A stretch of 64,000 nt of DNA from a virus (lineage: Duplodnaviria; Caudoviricetes): the IMG/VR virus record IMGVR_UViG_3300016474_000093, positions 1,417 to 65,416 of that record. One strand, 5' to 3'. A model generated the notes under the pieces. The model had not been told where the DNA came from. It made no database searches and was given only the letters and a program-made list of their open reading frames with translations. Below, in pieces: positions 11,420-20,879 of the stretch (position 1 is its first letter; each line of letters starts with the position of its first letter). The position numbers were made by a program, and so were the translations under genes.

Positions 11420-11440
11420 GGGCAGGGACCAGCCCTGCCC
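11420..11440. promoter_or_regulatory. GC-rich intergenic hairpin upstream of primase
   Basis: gggcaggg-accag-ccctgccc, 8-bp stem, no T tail. Confidence 0.4.
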
Positions 11441-11455
11441 GTAGACAATCCCAAA

Positions 11456-11770
11456 TTAATTGGGGCCAGATGTCAGACTTTTATAGTATTCAATTGAGGA
11501 CTTGTAATCCTTGATCGGTAGCACTCCTTTTGCTAAATCTTCATCGATGATTTTTATGAGAGCTTGAGCTACAGGAACTTTATCTGCGTTCATAGGCTTC
11601 CCACGAAACCAACTATGCACAGTCATCCGACTGACGTTCATTAACTTAGCCACGAGCGTTGTATGTAGCTTTGCTTTAACACATCGTTTGGCAAGCAGAA
11701 TCTGGATACCGTCCTTGACGGTTTTGGTATCCAGATCCTTAATGAACTCCGCTGTATAGCTTCTAGGCAC
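11456..11770 (-). CDS. HTH DNA-binding protein
   Basis: TTLVAKLMNVSRMTVHSWFRG is a Cro/XRE-like helix-turn-helix. Confidence 0.65.
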   Translation of the reverse strand: MPRSYTAEFIKDLDTKTVKDGIQILLAKRCVKAKLHTTLVAKLMNVSRMTVHSWFRGKPMNADKVPVAQALIKIIDEDLAKGVLPIKDYKSSIEYYKSLTSGPN

Positions 11771-12587
11771 TTTTCTTAGCCCACTTCTTCACAAGATCAG
11801 ACGCAGTGCCATCGCTAGTAGCCGCGACCTCGGCACGTTGAGTGCTCTCACGTTTAGTGGGTTCACTGTCATCGTTCTTCTCGCCCTGATAAACCGTCAT
11901 CTTAACTGCATTGATGGCGGCTGGGGCTTGCCCTTGCTTGCGGATCGTTTCAAGGTCATTCGTATCGACCGCACCTTGAGGTGAAAACAGTACACGCGGA
12001 ACCTTAGCCTTCGTATCAAATTGCATCTTGGTAACCACCGCCCCAGCACTGACGTTATGGGACGCAAGCATCTGTACATACGGACGGAAGGGCCAACGAC
12101 CATTTTCTTCCTCTCCGAAAGAAGATGTTGCAGGAAGCACCAACTGATACACAGGGCCATCAAGCTGTTGAGGCAGAACTACCGCAGTGCGCCAAGACAT
12201 GCGGCAAGCTGTACCCGTACCACCTTGGCCTGAACCCTTGATCGCGTTAGGACACGCGGCACAGGTAGGCGACACAGGGTCTTGAACCTCTGCATCAGGC
12301 GTTTTGGAATCAGATGACCAGCATACTGGAGAAGATTTTTGCCCTTCTTTGTACGCACCTTCGTAATAGGTACGCGCCGGGTTATGAGCCATCTTTACAA
12401 AGATCACACCCATGCTTCGATCTTCAATCGAGGCTTGCTCTTTACCGTTGACAATCATACGGAAGGTTCCACCAGCGATGGAAATCCTAAAGTTCTGCAT
12501 ACCACCGGCAACTGCTTTGGTATCGTCATCGAGACCCTTGGTTACGATGGCGGCTTGCTGAAGTACTACTGCGAGATCGTTACTCAT
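11763..12587 (-). CDS. Single-stranded DNA-binding protein (phage type)
   Basis: FRISIAGGTFR, C-x2-C-x2-C pattern around CAACPNAIKGS..GTACR, flexible C-terminal tail; position in the replication operon. Confidence 0.65.
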   Translation of the reverse strand: MSNDLAVVLQQAAIVTKGLDDDTKAVAGGMQNFRISIAGGTFRMIVNGKEQASIEDRSMGVIFVKMAHNPARTYYEGAYKEGQKSSPVCWSSDSKTPDAEVQDPVSPTCAACPNAIKGSGQGGTGTACRMSWRTAVVLPQQLDGPVYQLVLPATSSFGEEENGRWPFRPYVQMLASHNVSAGAVVTKMQFDTKAKVPRVLFSPQGAVDTNDLETIRKQGQAPAAINAVKMTVYQGEKNDDSEPTKRESTQRAEVAATSDGTASDLVKKWAKKSA

Positions 12588-12599
12588 TTGACTAAACTC

Positions 12600-13037
12600 C
12601 TACTGGGTTAACAACTCATAATTGGGGGCAGTGATTACTGCGTCCCTACTTGACGGCTTGTACACCGTTACAGTGTACTCACGGGCTACATTTATGCCTG
12701 GGGGCAAGCCTTCTTTCTCACGCCCCACCATAAATTCTTCAAAGTTTGTTTCATGGACACGCTTCTGAAGCAGTTGCGGCGCTTTCTGCTCAATCACGAA
12801 TTCATAAAAATTGTTCCAGTCAGTGACGTGGAACCGTGACTTAACTTTACGACTAATAGTACCGCTTTGAGTACGAATGCTATCCGCACCCTGTTCAGCA
12901 CATAACTTCAACATCTCTTGCTCAAGCACAACCTGCTGTGCCTTCAGTGCCTCGTCCGTGGATTTGAACGTGGCGGCTAACTTCTCCCGCTCACCACGAA
13001 TGTTCATGAACGCACTGACGATATCATTCAGATTCAT
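12600..13037 (-). CDS. Conserved phage replication-module hypothetical protein
   Basis: ATG at 13037 with GGAGG RBS; IRTQSGT...VTDWNNFYEFV...LLQKRV pattern; between helicase and SSB. Confidence 0.65.
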   Translation of the reverse strand: MNLNDIVSAFMNIRGEREKLAATFKSTDEALKAQQVVLEQEMLKLCAEQGADSIRTQSGTISRKVKSRFHVTDWNNFYEFVIEQKAPQLLQKRVHETNFEEFMVGREKEGLPPGINVAREYTVTVYKPSSRDAVITAPNYELLTQ

Positions 13038-14406
13038 TATCAGCCTCCATTTCAGATGAATACAACTCAACTAACTTCTCATGTAAATCAATTTTGTTTT
13101 CCAACATGCGGTACATCTTTCTCTCTACTTCTGAACCTTCAAGATGAATCACAGTCATCTTGTTTTGCTGACCTACTCTATCAATACGCGCTACACACTG
13201 TATATAAGTTTCCACTGACATGACAGGCGACCAAAACACAATCGTATCTGCCGCTGTAAGTGTTATGCCATGCGATGCCGCTTGAGGTTGTACGACAAGC
13301 ACTCGCGGATTGTCCGATGTTTGAAATCTAGAAAATATAGCAGCACGTTCTCCTGCGCTGACTTGACCGTTGATGATCTCTGCTGTGTAGCCTCCTTTAA
13401 TAAGATGTTTGTGAACAAGCTCAATCGTATGTGTGTACGGAACAAAGACTATAACCTTGCGCTCAGTCTCTATCATCACTTCTTCAAGTACACGCAAGCG
13501 ATGCGATACGTCAAACTCTAACACTTCTCCAGTGTCTGTGTAAACAGCTCCACCAGAAATTTGTAACAATTTAGTAAGCATAGCGGCGGCATTGACTGCG
13601 CTGACTTTCTCACCAGCCGCTTTAATTAACATTTCATTCTTAAGTGATAGATAATATTTCTGCTGTTGTCCAGTCATGGGGGCGCTACGGCACTGATACA
13701 TGACCTCTGGCAAATCTAAGCACTCATCTTTAGTGAACCTGATCGCAGGTTGTAATACTTTATAGACCACCTCTCTAGCACCGGGGCGAGGCATCCACTT
13801 AAAATTAGTAACGGGAAACATCACCCTATCACGCCATGCGCCAAAAAATTTTGGTACATTTTCTGGACAGACTAGCTTGGCAAGCCCGTACGCATCCACA
13901 GGCGACTGAGAGGCAGGAGTGCCAGTCAGCATCCACAACCCTGTATAGGGTAGTACCAATGACTTGAGTGTTTTCCAGCGTAATGTTGTTGAGGTCTTAT
14001 AAGCGTTGGCTTCATCAACTACGATGAGATCAAACCCAGCGTTATAAATATCTTTAGCTACAATATTTACACCATCATAGTTGATGATGACGAACTCGTA
14101 ACCACCGTTGATAATTTTTGACCGCTTGGTCGCCGATCCATAAGCCACGGCTGTTCTACGGTGCATAGCAGTCTTAAATAGGTCTGCCTGCCATGCTGAA
14201 TACATAATTGATAGTGGGCAGATGATTAGCACACGCTTGAGGATGCCTTGGTTCATCAGGTAGTCACAGGCCCATATGACCGATGACGTTTTGCCCGTAC
14301 CTGCTTCGTTGAAGCAGAAAGCCCGTGGGTTGTCAGTTAGAAATTGTGCCGTCGTCTTCTGATGATCAAACGGCTTGAACATTCCGGGCCAACTATAGTC
14401 TTGCAT
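13024..14406 (-). CDS. SNF2-family (SF2) helicase
   Basis: Motif I EAGTGKT, motif II VVDEAN, motif III LTGTP, motifs V/VI HGITLTAA and QCVARIDRVGQ. Confidence 0.9.
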   Translation of the reverse strand: MQDYSWPGMFKPFDHQKTTAQFLTDNPRAFCFNEAGTGKTSSVIWACDYLMNQGILKRVLIICPLSIMYSAWQADLFKTAMHRRTAVAYGSATKRSKIINGGYEFVIINYDGVNIVAKDIYNAGFDLIVVDEANAYKTSTTLRWKTLKSLVLPYTGLWMLTGTPASQSPVDAYGLAKLVCPENVPKFFGAWRDRVMFPVTNFKWMPRPGAREVVYKVLQPAIRFTKDECLDLPEVMYQCRSAPMTGQQQKYYLSLKNEMLIKAAGEKVSAVNAAAMLTKLLQISGGAVYTDTGEVLEFDVSHRLRVLEEVMIETERKVIVFVPYTHTIELVHKHLIKGGYTAEIINGQVSAGERAAIFSRFQTSDNPRVLVVQPQAASHGITLTAADTIVFWSPVMSVETYIQCVARIDRVGQQNKMTVIHLEGSEVERKMYRMLENKIDLHEKLVELYSSEMEADNESE

Positions 14407-14419
14407 AACTTATCCATAA

Positions 14420-14605
14420 CTAAATTAACTTGTCACGCACGCGTCGGGGAAAATCCCCGACGATGCGACTAGACCTAACACGCCAGGAGGCTCCACTATG
14501 TAAAGCTGTAAACGCTGTCTAGTTGATGCGGTTTTTTGGGGTGTCCACTCACACCTAACGACTATGACGTTCCAACTGCCAAGAAACGCCCCCCGTCTGG
14601 ATCAC
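14420..14605 (-). ncRNA. Candidate structured RNA / long 5' leader of helicase gene
   Basis: About 200 nt without an ORF between a consensus promoter and the helicase ATG; stems acuagac/gucuagu, gucgggga-uuuu-uccccgac, ggugu/acacc and ggcguuuc/ggaacguc on the - strand. Confidence 0.4.
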
Positions 14606-14612
14606 AATTAAA

Positions 14613-14640
14613 TTATAGGGGCTAAATTAAATATGTCAAC
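14613..14640 (-). promoter_or_regulatory. Sigma70-type promoter
   Basis: TTGACA-N16-TATAAT on the - strand. Confidence 0.7.
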
Positions 14641-14950
14641 CCTTTTTTCTCTCTCTTTTGCTAACTTCCGAAACTAATTGTCGTTTGGAGTTACGTCGAA
14701 AGGATCTATTCGTACTTGGAGATTGTATTGTGTATCCATCTCCATTCGTACCTCCCTTTGATAGGGCGCGTCGATGAGCGATATCCTTACCCTCTCTTGC
14801 GTCTGCCGTACCATCATGATCAGCATCCTTACCGCGCTTGTCAACAGCTCGTCTAGCTCGTTGTCTTTCCATGCGGTCTGCATGTTCACCTCTAGCTTTT
14901 TGTTGCTGATACTCTTTTTTGTATGGCCTTGGTTTGTTGACGTAAGGCAT
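14636..14950 (-). CDS. HNH-like nuclease-family protein
   Basis: Start MPYVNKPR with AGGAG RBS; KDIAHRRALSKGGTN...STNRSF beta-beta-alpha-metal-like motif. Confidence 0.55.
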   Translation of the reverse strand: MPYVNKPRPYKKEYQQQKARGEHADRMERQRARRAVDKRGKDADHDGTADAREGKDIAHRRALSKGGTNGDGYTIQSPSTNRSFRRNSKRQLVSEVSKRERKKG

Positions 14951-14951
14951 A

Positions 14952-15611
14952 TCAACTCCTATTGAACTCACAAGTTCGCACGGCACAGTAGCCGCACAGC
15001 ACAGTCGGGTTAGCTAACCATTCATTGGTTGCGTGAGCCGCTTCCCACCGAGCGAGGTGAGGGGTGAAGTGTGCCCACAGATCGTCAGTTTGATCTCTTG
15101 TGTAGGCTTCGTCAACTATGACGTTGTGCATGATGAAGAACAACGCGGCCTTGATATTCAGAACCTCTGGGAAGTGGGCAAACACCATCAAACCCATGAG
15201 CTTCAACTGCATAGGATCAGGGTAGTTGGCCTTACCTGTCTTGTAGTCCACGATGTGTGCCGTGTCACCATCAACGATGATCATGTCAGCGATACCGCGA
15301 ACCCACCGATTTTTGTCCTCGTAATCACAAGCCTTGCGGTCAGGCAGTAGTCCCATCTTGTATTCAGGGTACTTGTTGCCTTCGATCTCCAGGATGCCAT
15401 CGACATAGCCTTGGTATCGCTTGTAATTGTTTGGAAGAGGTGTGCCATCTACAGCATACTTCTCTAAGGCTTTGTGAACTGCATTGCCATAGCGTAGAGC
15501 TTGCGTGTAGGGCTGTTGAAAGTTCTTTGCGATCTGGGTTTCGTAATGTCTACGTGGGCAACCCATGAAATCTTTTAGACGAGAATAAGACCAATTTATA
15601 ACTGATTCCAT
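14952..15611 (-). CDS. PD-(D/E)XK Cas4/RecB-like exonuclease
   Basis: WSYS..CPR, GIADMII..VDYKTG, QLKLM and C-terminal CGYC...C. Confidence 0.85.
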   Translation of the reverse strand: MESVINWSYSRLKDFMGCPRRHYETQIAKNFQQPYTQALRYGNAVHKALEKYAVDGTPLPNNYKRYQGYVDGILEIEGNKYPEYKMGLLPDRKACDYEDKNRWVRGIADMIIVDGDTAHIVDYKTGKANYPDPMQLKLMGLMVFAHFPEVLNIKAALFFIMHNVIVDEAYTRDQTDDLWAHFTPHLARWEAAHATNEWLANPTVLCGYCAVRTCEFNRS

Positions 15612-15622
15612 ACTAAGTTCTC

Positions 15623-17494
15623 CTATCCACACGCTCCGTAGGATAAACCATATTTGGCCTCACATGTGATAGGTAACCCAGGTGCCCAGCTTGGTCTAGT
15701 GTTCATACATTCTATGACATAGGCAAGGGCTTCCTCTAACTCATCTTCCTCTACGACAACCACCACAGCATCATGCACAGTCAACGCAGGTCGGTACTTT
15801 TTACTGATCAAGAGCATCTGCTCGCCGATGACACAACGTGCTAGTGCTTGCACAATATTTTCAACGATGGAGCCGCCCCAGACAGACACTGGACCCTTAC
15901 GTGATTTATAAACAATTCTAGATTTAGCTTCAGATGTGTCACGGATGATCTCAGGGTAGTGCAGATAAAACCCGTTGGGCAGTAACAAGCCCTCTGGACA
16001 GGCAGTCACGCAGTCGTGAACTCCTATGTAGTAGTCCTTCTTGTTCTTGGGCCAGCTTATAAGTTCTCCAAGAAAGTCATCACACTCGGCCCATAGGTCA
16101 ATGATCTTGTCGTTCTCTGATCTATAAAGATCAACGATGCGTTTAGCTTCGTCATCATCAACGACAGCCCCAGGCGGCTGAGTCTTTAAAGTGTGCTGTA
16201 ACTTGGCCGCACCTGTCCCGTACCCAAGTCCTAGTATGCAGGTCTTTCCGACAAAGCGTTCTATCGGATGCTCTTTTGATATGGGGCGGCCATATACTTT
16301 AGTTGCAAACTCAGAGTACACATCCCTGCCTTGAGCGAAGGCATCCACCACATCAGTCTGCCCAGCTAGCCATGCAAGGATGCGAGCCTCGATCTGTGAA
16401 GAGTCCGAGTTGATAACAACGTAGCCCTCATGTGGAACCACGGCGTTCTTCAATGTCTTTTTCTTTTTGTCGCGGCTAGGTAGGTTCTGGAAGTTAACCT
16501 TGTCTTGGCCCGCCCAACGTCCTGTGTGTGCGCCATAATATTTTAATGGTATTGGTAAGCGGCGTTGGTTACGCTTGCCTATGTCGATAAACCGCTCGAT
16601 GCGTGACTCTTCGATGGTTGACTTAGTGCCTAGACGCACGGCACAGAGTTGTTGAATAAACGGATCTTCGTGTTCTGTTAGCGCAATGAACCCTTCGTCG
16701 TTCTTAGCCAGTGCAAACGTAGGCTTGCCCGTGGTCGGGCTTTCTTTGATCGGCGGCTCTACGCCAAAAGATTTTAAAAGTTCGGCGAACTGCTTATTTG
16801 ATGCCAGTTTTTTCCTTACCTCTTCCTCAGTATTACAGCCCAGCTTCTCTTTGAGCGAACTAAGAAGTTCAGACTTCTCAGCTCTTACATCATCTAATCT
16901 TTCTAGTAAAAGGTTTTCATCCACAGTAAACACAGGATGGATGAACATGCGCAACGTGAGATTGATCAGGTCAAGCTCAGACTCAGGGAACCTTGGAGCC
17001 ATACACCCAAACAGTTTGTAAGTCAGCTCAACATCGTTAATACAATATTCGCCGTAACGTGCAAGCTCCTCTGGGGTGAAGTCAGCCTTGCGCTTACCCT
17101 TGGCATGGATAACTTCTTCGCCCTTCACCCCGATCTGATACCGCTCGGCCAAGACTTTGAGACTGCCCCCCGCATCCACACCGTGCAAGGCGCGAGCCAT
17201 ACACAGTGTGTCAAGATATTTTTGTGGAGAGATTTGTAATGTCCAGGCGAGCACGGAGCCATCGAACATCGTGTTGTGGCACAGTAGCATGGAGTCCCGC
17301 CAAGGCAATGACCTAAGATGTTTATTTAACATCTCACGCGACCCTGAAATCCAGTATGCGGGGGTATCGTTGATCTTGATACCGATACCGATAACTTCAA
17401 ATTCAGGGTGACGGACGTACTCCTCCGTCGTCAGTCGGGTCAGTGAAACTTCTTGACTGTAAAAAGTCTCTAGGTCTAATGTTATTAGGTTCAC
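15623..17494 (-). CDS. polA: Family A DNA polymerase with 3'-5' exonuclease
   Basis: ExoI LDLET; HTGRWAG; NFQNLP; motif A DSSQIEAR; motif B GKTCILGLGYG; motif C TVHDA. Confidence 0.93.
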   Translation of the reverse strand: MNLITLDLETFYSQEVSLTRLTTEEYVRHPEFEVIGIGIKINDTPAYWISGSREMLNKHLRSLPWRDSMLLCHNTMFDGSVLAWTLQISPQKYLDTLCMARALHGVDAGGSLKVLAERYQIGVKGEEVIHAKGKRKADFTPEELARYGEYCINDVELTYKLFGCMAPRFPESELDLINLTLRMFIHPVFTVDENLLLERLDDVRAEKSELLSSLKEKLGCNTEEEVRKKLASNKQFAELLKSFGVEPPIKESPTTGKPTFALAKNDEGFIALTEHEDPFIQQLCAVRLGTKSTIEESRIERFIDIGKRNQRRLPIPLKYYGAHTGRWAGQDKVNFQNLPSRDKKKKTLKNAVVPHEGYVVINSDSSQIEARILAWLAGQTDVVDAFAQGRDVYSEFATKVYGRPISKEHPIERFVGKTCILGLGYGTGAAKLQHTLKTQPPGAVVDDDEAKRIVDLYRSENDKIIDLWAECDDFLGELISWPKNKKDYYIGVHDCVTACPEGLLLPNGFYLHYPEIIRDTSEAKSRIVYKSRKGPVSVWGGSIVENIVQALARCVIGEQMLLISKKYRPALTVHDAVVVVVEEDELEEALAYVIECMNTRPSWAPGLPITCEAKYGLSYGACG

Positions 17495-18474
17495 GCTACA
17501 ACTCGGTATGCTTCTCGTTTACGAATTTCACCTTTGCCACGAACATAAGGGTTCCACCAATACGTACCGCTCTTTCTACATTTAAAATGCCCTCGTACAT
17601 AATGTGCTGATATATCTGAACGTCTAGATACTATGCCTGTAGGTGATACTGACTCTGATTCTGATATTGATAATACTGTATATGCTGGTGAAGAAAGCTT
17701 TTGTTTTAATCTTTTTCCAAATGCAGAGGATAAAATTTTCCCCGGTACACGCGTTGCGGTTATGCCAGACTTACAATTGATGAGCATCAATGCTGCGAAT
17801 AAATTTGTGCTTAATTCTTCTGAAGCTTCTTTAACTAATTTTGAAAGAATATCTTGGTCTTTAAAAAAGTCTAGATTTATAGATGGTAATTTTTTATTAA
17901 CTGCTCTAGAAATTATTGATGGTGAAGGTATTACACACATCTCTACCAAAGAATTAGGGAATCGTAGCAATGCCCTTGCACTGTTTTGTTTAATTTCTTC
18001 TGTTGGGTTTAGTATTATAGCTATCATCGATATTTCAGCAGTGTTAATTTCTTCAAACTCCCAATAAGGTTGTACTAACATCATATTTTCAAATTCAGGA
18101 TACGCGGTAATTAACGCTCCAGATATCGATATTTGATATAAACTAAGATCATCTTCTTTTATTGAAGATTGTTTTTTTCTTAAAGCTTTTACTTCTTCAG
18201 TATGTTTAAATTCAATAGCTATTTTATTGTAAGGCAGTCGTAAAGTAGATAAATCATCCGGCACTATATTTTCAGGCGAATTCATTAAAGCCTGTGCAGC
18301 CAAAGACAGCTCATCAGATAAAACAAATGTTTCTACGCCGTCATTAGATATACTTGTGCTATAACTTAAATTTACACTGGGTTTTCCTGGTATTTTAACG
18401 ATATCAAACTCTCCTGACACAATACGTGTTATCAGAGGTTTATAACGACCGTCATCCTTTCGTTTGGTTTTCAT
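17491..18474 (-). CDS. AT-rich hypothetical protein with basic C-terminal HxVRGH motif
   Basis: 327-aa ORF, visibly more AT-rich than its neighbours; ends SAHYVRGHFK...WWNPYVRG. Confidence 0.7.
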   Translation of the reverse strand: MKTKRKDDGRYKPLITRIVSGEFDIVKIPGKPSVNLSYSTSISNDGVETFVLSDELSLAAQALMNSPENIVPDDLSTLRLPYNKIAIEFKHTEEVKALRKKQSSIKEDDLSLYQISISGALITAYPEFENMMLVQPYWEFEEINTAEISMIAIILNPTEEIKQNSARALLRFPNSLVEMCVIPSPSIISRAVNKKLPSINLDFFKDQDILSKLVKEASEELSTNLFAALMLINCKSGITATRVPGKILSSAFGKRLKQKLSSPAYTVLSISESESVSPTGIVSRRSDISAHYVRGHFKCRKSGTYWWNPYVRGKGEIRKREAYRVVA

Positions 18475-18485
18475 GGTTCTACCTC

Positions 18486-18785
18486 TTATCTGGAGAATCG
18501 CCGCTCAATCTCTTCGGCTCTTGATAATGGTCTTGGCTCATGATCTTCCCTTTTTGTTTTGCCTTTGATGATTTCCTTCATGTGATACAGCGCGTAGTCA
18601 TAACCTTCGCTGAACATCTCGTTACGGTCTTGTTCATTACCCCGCATTTCCTCAATAGAGTTCAACAAATCCAGACGCTCATCTCGCACAGCTTTTTTGA
18701 TCATGGCTTGTACTTGTGACTCATCATACTGAGTGTCATCGTCGTAGGATCTTGGCTTCTGGTGCATGTTGTGATCCCCACTCAT
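18486..18785 (-). CDS. Hypothetical protein
   Basis: 99-aa ORF, 4-nt overlap with upstream gene, operon-like packing. Confidence 0.55.
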   Translation of the reverse strand: MSGDHNMHQKPRSYDDDTQYDESQVQAMIKKAVRDERLDLLNSIEEMRGNEQDRNEMFSEGYDYALYHMKEIIKGKTKREDHEPRPLSRAEEIERRFSR

Positions 18786-19027
18786 TTTTCACTCCTTGCT
18801 CGGATTGCTTGCGCGGCCACCTTTGTAATGTCTGACGCATATTCAGGATGTACAGCAAGCACATCACACACCTTCGCACACTCTTCACGTTCATGCGCGG
18901 CGACAAGGGCAGCGAAGCGTTCAAATATTGGTGCAAGGGCTCGCTCAATGGCCTCTTCTTGAGGTGTTTGTGGCTTAGGTAGCCGCACAGCCTCCCGCGC
19001 CATGCGGATTATTTCTTCTCTATCCAT
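18782..19027 (-). CDS. Hypothetical protein (EREECAKVC family of small phage ORFs)
   Basis: MDREEIIRMAREA...FAALVAAHEREECAKVC...AIRAR, a pattern common in proteobacterial phages. Confidence 0.65.
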   Translation of the reverse strand: MDREEIIRMAREAVRLPKPQTPQEEAIERALAPIFERFAALVAAHEREECAKVCDVLAVHPEYASDITKVAAQAIRARSEK

Positions 19028-19241
19028 GACTCTTCTCCTTTAGCTTGGCTTCAATGGCACGGAAATAATTAAAACCCGTACCTTTACCGGGCGATACTGC
19101 GGTCTTTTGCTCTGTCTCTAGTGCTTGGCGCAGGGCGGTAATGGCTTGCTTTCTGCTAACAAGCCCAGCATGACTTAGCGGGTCACTCTCCAACGCCTCT
19201 AGCGCCATCTGCATAGCTTCTCTGCTCTTGTTTTCACTCAT
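19020..19241 (-). CDS. Hypothetical protein
   Basis: REAMQMALEALE...ITALRQALE...FRAIEAKLKEK; overlaps neighbours. Confidence 0.6.
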   Translation of the reverse strand: MSENKSREAMQMALEALESDPLSHAGLVSRKQAITALRQALETEQKTAVSPGKGTGFNYFRAIEAKLKEKSHG

Positions 19242-19417
19242 AGCTTCCCCTCATCAAAATCAAACCAATCATTGATTTCGTCCATAACTGCATTGACAAT
19301 AGCTTCATTGATTTCGTGACGCTCAGGCGCGTTGTTATGTTCGTATGCTCGGTCATGCCCAAGAATCACACCGTCCAAAATACATTTATCAAGTAATTGC
19401 ATAAATTTTGGTTTCAT
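19238..19417 (-). CDS. Hypothetical protein (59 aa, absent from ORF track)
   Basis: Read by hand: MKPKFMQLLDKCILDGVILGHDRAYEH...DWFDFDEGKL; ATGA overlaps at both ends. Confidence 0.6.
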   Translation of the reverse strand: MKPKFMQLLDKCILDGVILGHDRAYEHNNAPERHEINEAIVNAVMDEINDWFDFDEGKL

Positions 19418-19599
19418 GCTCTATCCCCCGCATGTTGCTTCCATGTTTCTTTATCCTTCATACGCTGTTCGTACACTTCCATTAACAACTCTGCTGCTTC
19501 TTTAATCTTGAACTTTTCGTTAGTACAGTAATCAGGCAAGCCTTCGGCGTAACCCTCAAGCCATGCAGCTAACATGGCGAACTTATGTGCAGGACTCAT
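19414..19599 (-). CDS. Hypothetical protein
   Basis: 61-aa ORF coupled to neighbours. Confidence 0.55.
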   Translation of the reverse strand: MSPAHKFAMLAAWLEGYAEGLPDYCTNEKFKIKEAAELLMEVYEQRMKDKETWKQHAGDRA

Positions 19600-19816
19600 T
19601 ATTCCCTCCTGCGTTGCTTAGTATCCGTGCTATCTCACGGTCGATATACCAACGTGCTTTACGCAAGTCCTCAACCTGCTCATTCTTCAGGCCAGCTCTC
19701 CAAAGATATTTAATAGCATTGCCTACACAGAAATTCATGTGCTCGGTAATCTCTATACACTCGACACCGCTAGGGTGCTCGGTGTAATGCTTAGGATGGT
19801 TTACGGGATCGTTCAT
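19583..19816 (-). CDS. DUF3310 (SaV-like) protein
   Basis: DPVNHPKHY...ECIEI...GNAIKYLWRAGLK...EDLRKARWY signature. Confidence 0.85.
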   Translation of the reverse strand: MNDPVNHPKHYTEHPSGVECIEITEHMNFCVGNAIKYLWRAGLKNEQVEDLRKARWYIDREIARILSNAGGNNESCT

Positions 19817-19930
19817 AGTTTCTTACCTCCATAATTGCGTTTGCCACTAGCTCTTGCGCTTCACGCACAATGCTCCGTCTGCCTCTAAGTACACCGACTA
19901 TGAAGCCAGCTAAAAACCCACCCATACAAA

Positions 19931-20170
19931 TTATAAAATCTTCCATCCCTTCACCTCATTCGTCCATGATCTTTTCCATAATTGCATTGTCGTAAGACGT
20001 GCGTGTGCTTCTGTTAACTCAGTCGTGGTGTACTCTTTGCGTTCGTGCTCACGCCCTGGCCCTACCCACTTGTGTGACTTACTGTAGTGCGGTAAGTACG
20101 GCACACCACGCAAAATGAATACAGGTTGTGTTTCCGTTTCTGCTGGTTTGTTTAAATTCATTATGCTCAT
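19931..20170 (-). CDS. Hypothetical protein
   Basis: 79-aa ORF with GGAG RBS. Confidence 0.55.
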   Translation of the reverse strand: MSIMNLNKPAETETQPVFILRGVPYLPHYSKSHKWVGPGREHERKEYTTTELTEAHARLTTMQLWKRSWTNEVKGWKIL

Positions 20171-20343
20171 TTCACTTCTCCGTGAAGTCTTAATTTGATG
20201 CGCTCCATGTCCAGATCCGCAATACGCTTACGTTCAGCTATCACTTTAGGATCTTTCCAGGGATACGGTTGCTTAAGCAGTCGCCACTGTCTTTTGAACG
20301 TTTCGAGCACGTTTGTGCTTTCGCTTGTTGTCTTTATTTGCAT
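20167..20343 (-). CDS. Hypothetical protein (58 aa, absent from ORF track)
   Basis: AGGAG RBS then MQIKTTSESTNVLETFKRQW...RLHGEVK; ATGA overlap with the downstream gene and a 71-nt overlap with the upstream gene. Confidence 0.5.
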   Translation of the reverse strand: MQIKTTSESTNVLETFKRQWRLLKQPYPWKDPKVIAERKRIADLDMERIKLRLHGEVK

Positions 20344-20701
20344 CTCTTTCTCCTGTCATGTTGAATGGATCACTGAAAAAAGGTTCGGGCATGGTCACCC
20401 TCGTCTTAGAAAACTTCTTGCAAAACATCTGGTCTTCGTTTTTCTCCTTTACTTCTTTTGCTTTAGGCTCCATCGTTATAAATTTGTAGTGCCGCTCTGC
20501 CGTGATGTACGGTCTGTCAGGATCTTTCTTTAAGAAACTTTCAACACACCCCAACCGCGAAAGTCTGGTCATCAATGAGTAGACAGTGTTCTTGTCTAGC
20601 TGCACTTGCAACGCAATCTCTCTCACGGTCGGCGGTGTTACTCGTTTCTTAACGTACTTGAGTACCTTGAGTTGTTTATCGGTCAGGGGATGTGGGGTCA
20701 T
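20273..20701 (-). CDS. Winged-helix DNA-binding protein (LexA-N-like)
   Basis: LTDKQLKVLKYV...PPTVREIALQVQLDKNTVYSLMTRLSRLG. Confidence 0.65.
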   Translation of the reverse strand: MTPHPLTDKQLKVLKYVKKRVTPPTVREIALQVQLDKNTVYSLMTRLSRLGCVESFLKKDPDRPYITAERHYKFITMEPKAKEVKEKNEDQMFCKKFSKTRVTMPEPFFSDPFNMTGERDANKDNKRKHKRARNVQKTVATA

Positions 20702-20879
20702 CGAGTCGCTCCTTTAACCACAATACCGCGCAACGTGAGTGAAACAAGGCTTCCTCTGCGTGGTGCAGTGCTTGCTCATAACGCCCTTCGTTAACGTGCA
20801 TGTACACATTTTTTAGTGCAGTGTTCACTTGCATAAGATGTTTGCTTATATCTTCCATGATGTTCCTAAAATGGTGCAA
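20676..20879 (-). CDS. Hypothetical protein
   Basis: Short helical ORF in the operon. Confidence 0.5.
   Translation of the reverse strand: MHHFRNIMEDISKHLMQVNTALKNVYMHVNEGRYEQALHHAEEALFHSRCAVLWLKERLDDPTSPDR

Noticed and set aside
14952-15611. CRISPR-associated Cas4
   Set aside because: Stand-alone PD-(D/E)XK nuclease in a replication operon, a common phage arrangement; no cas1/cas2.
19583-19816. DNA hypermodification pathway implied by DUF3310
   Set aside because: No accompanying thymidylate synthase, kinase, glycosyltransferase or methyltransferase genes were seen.
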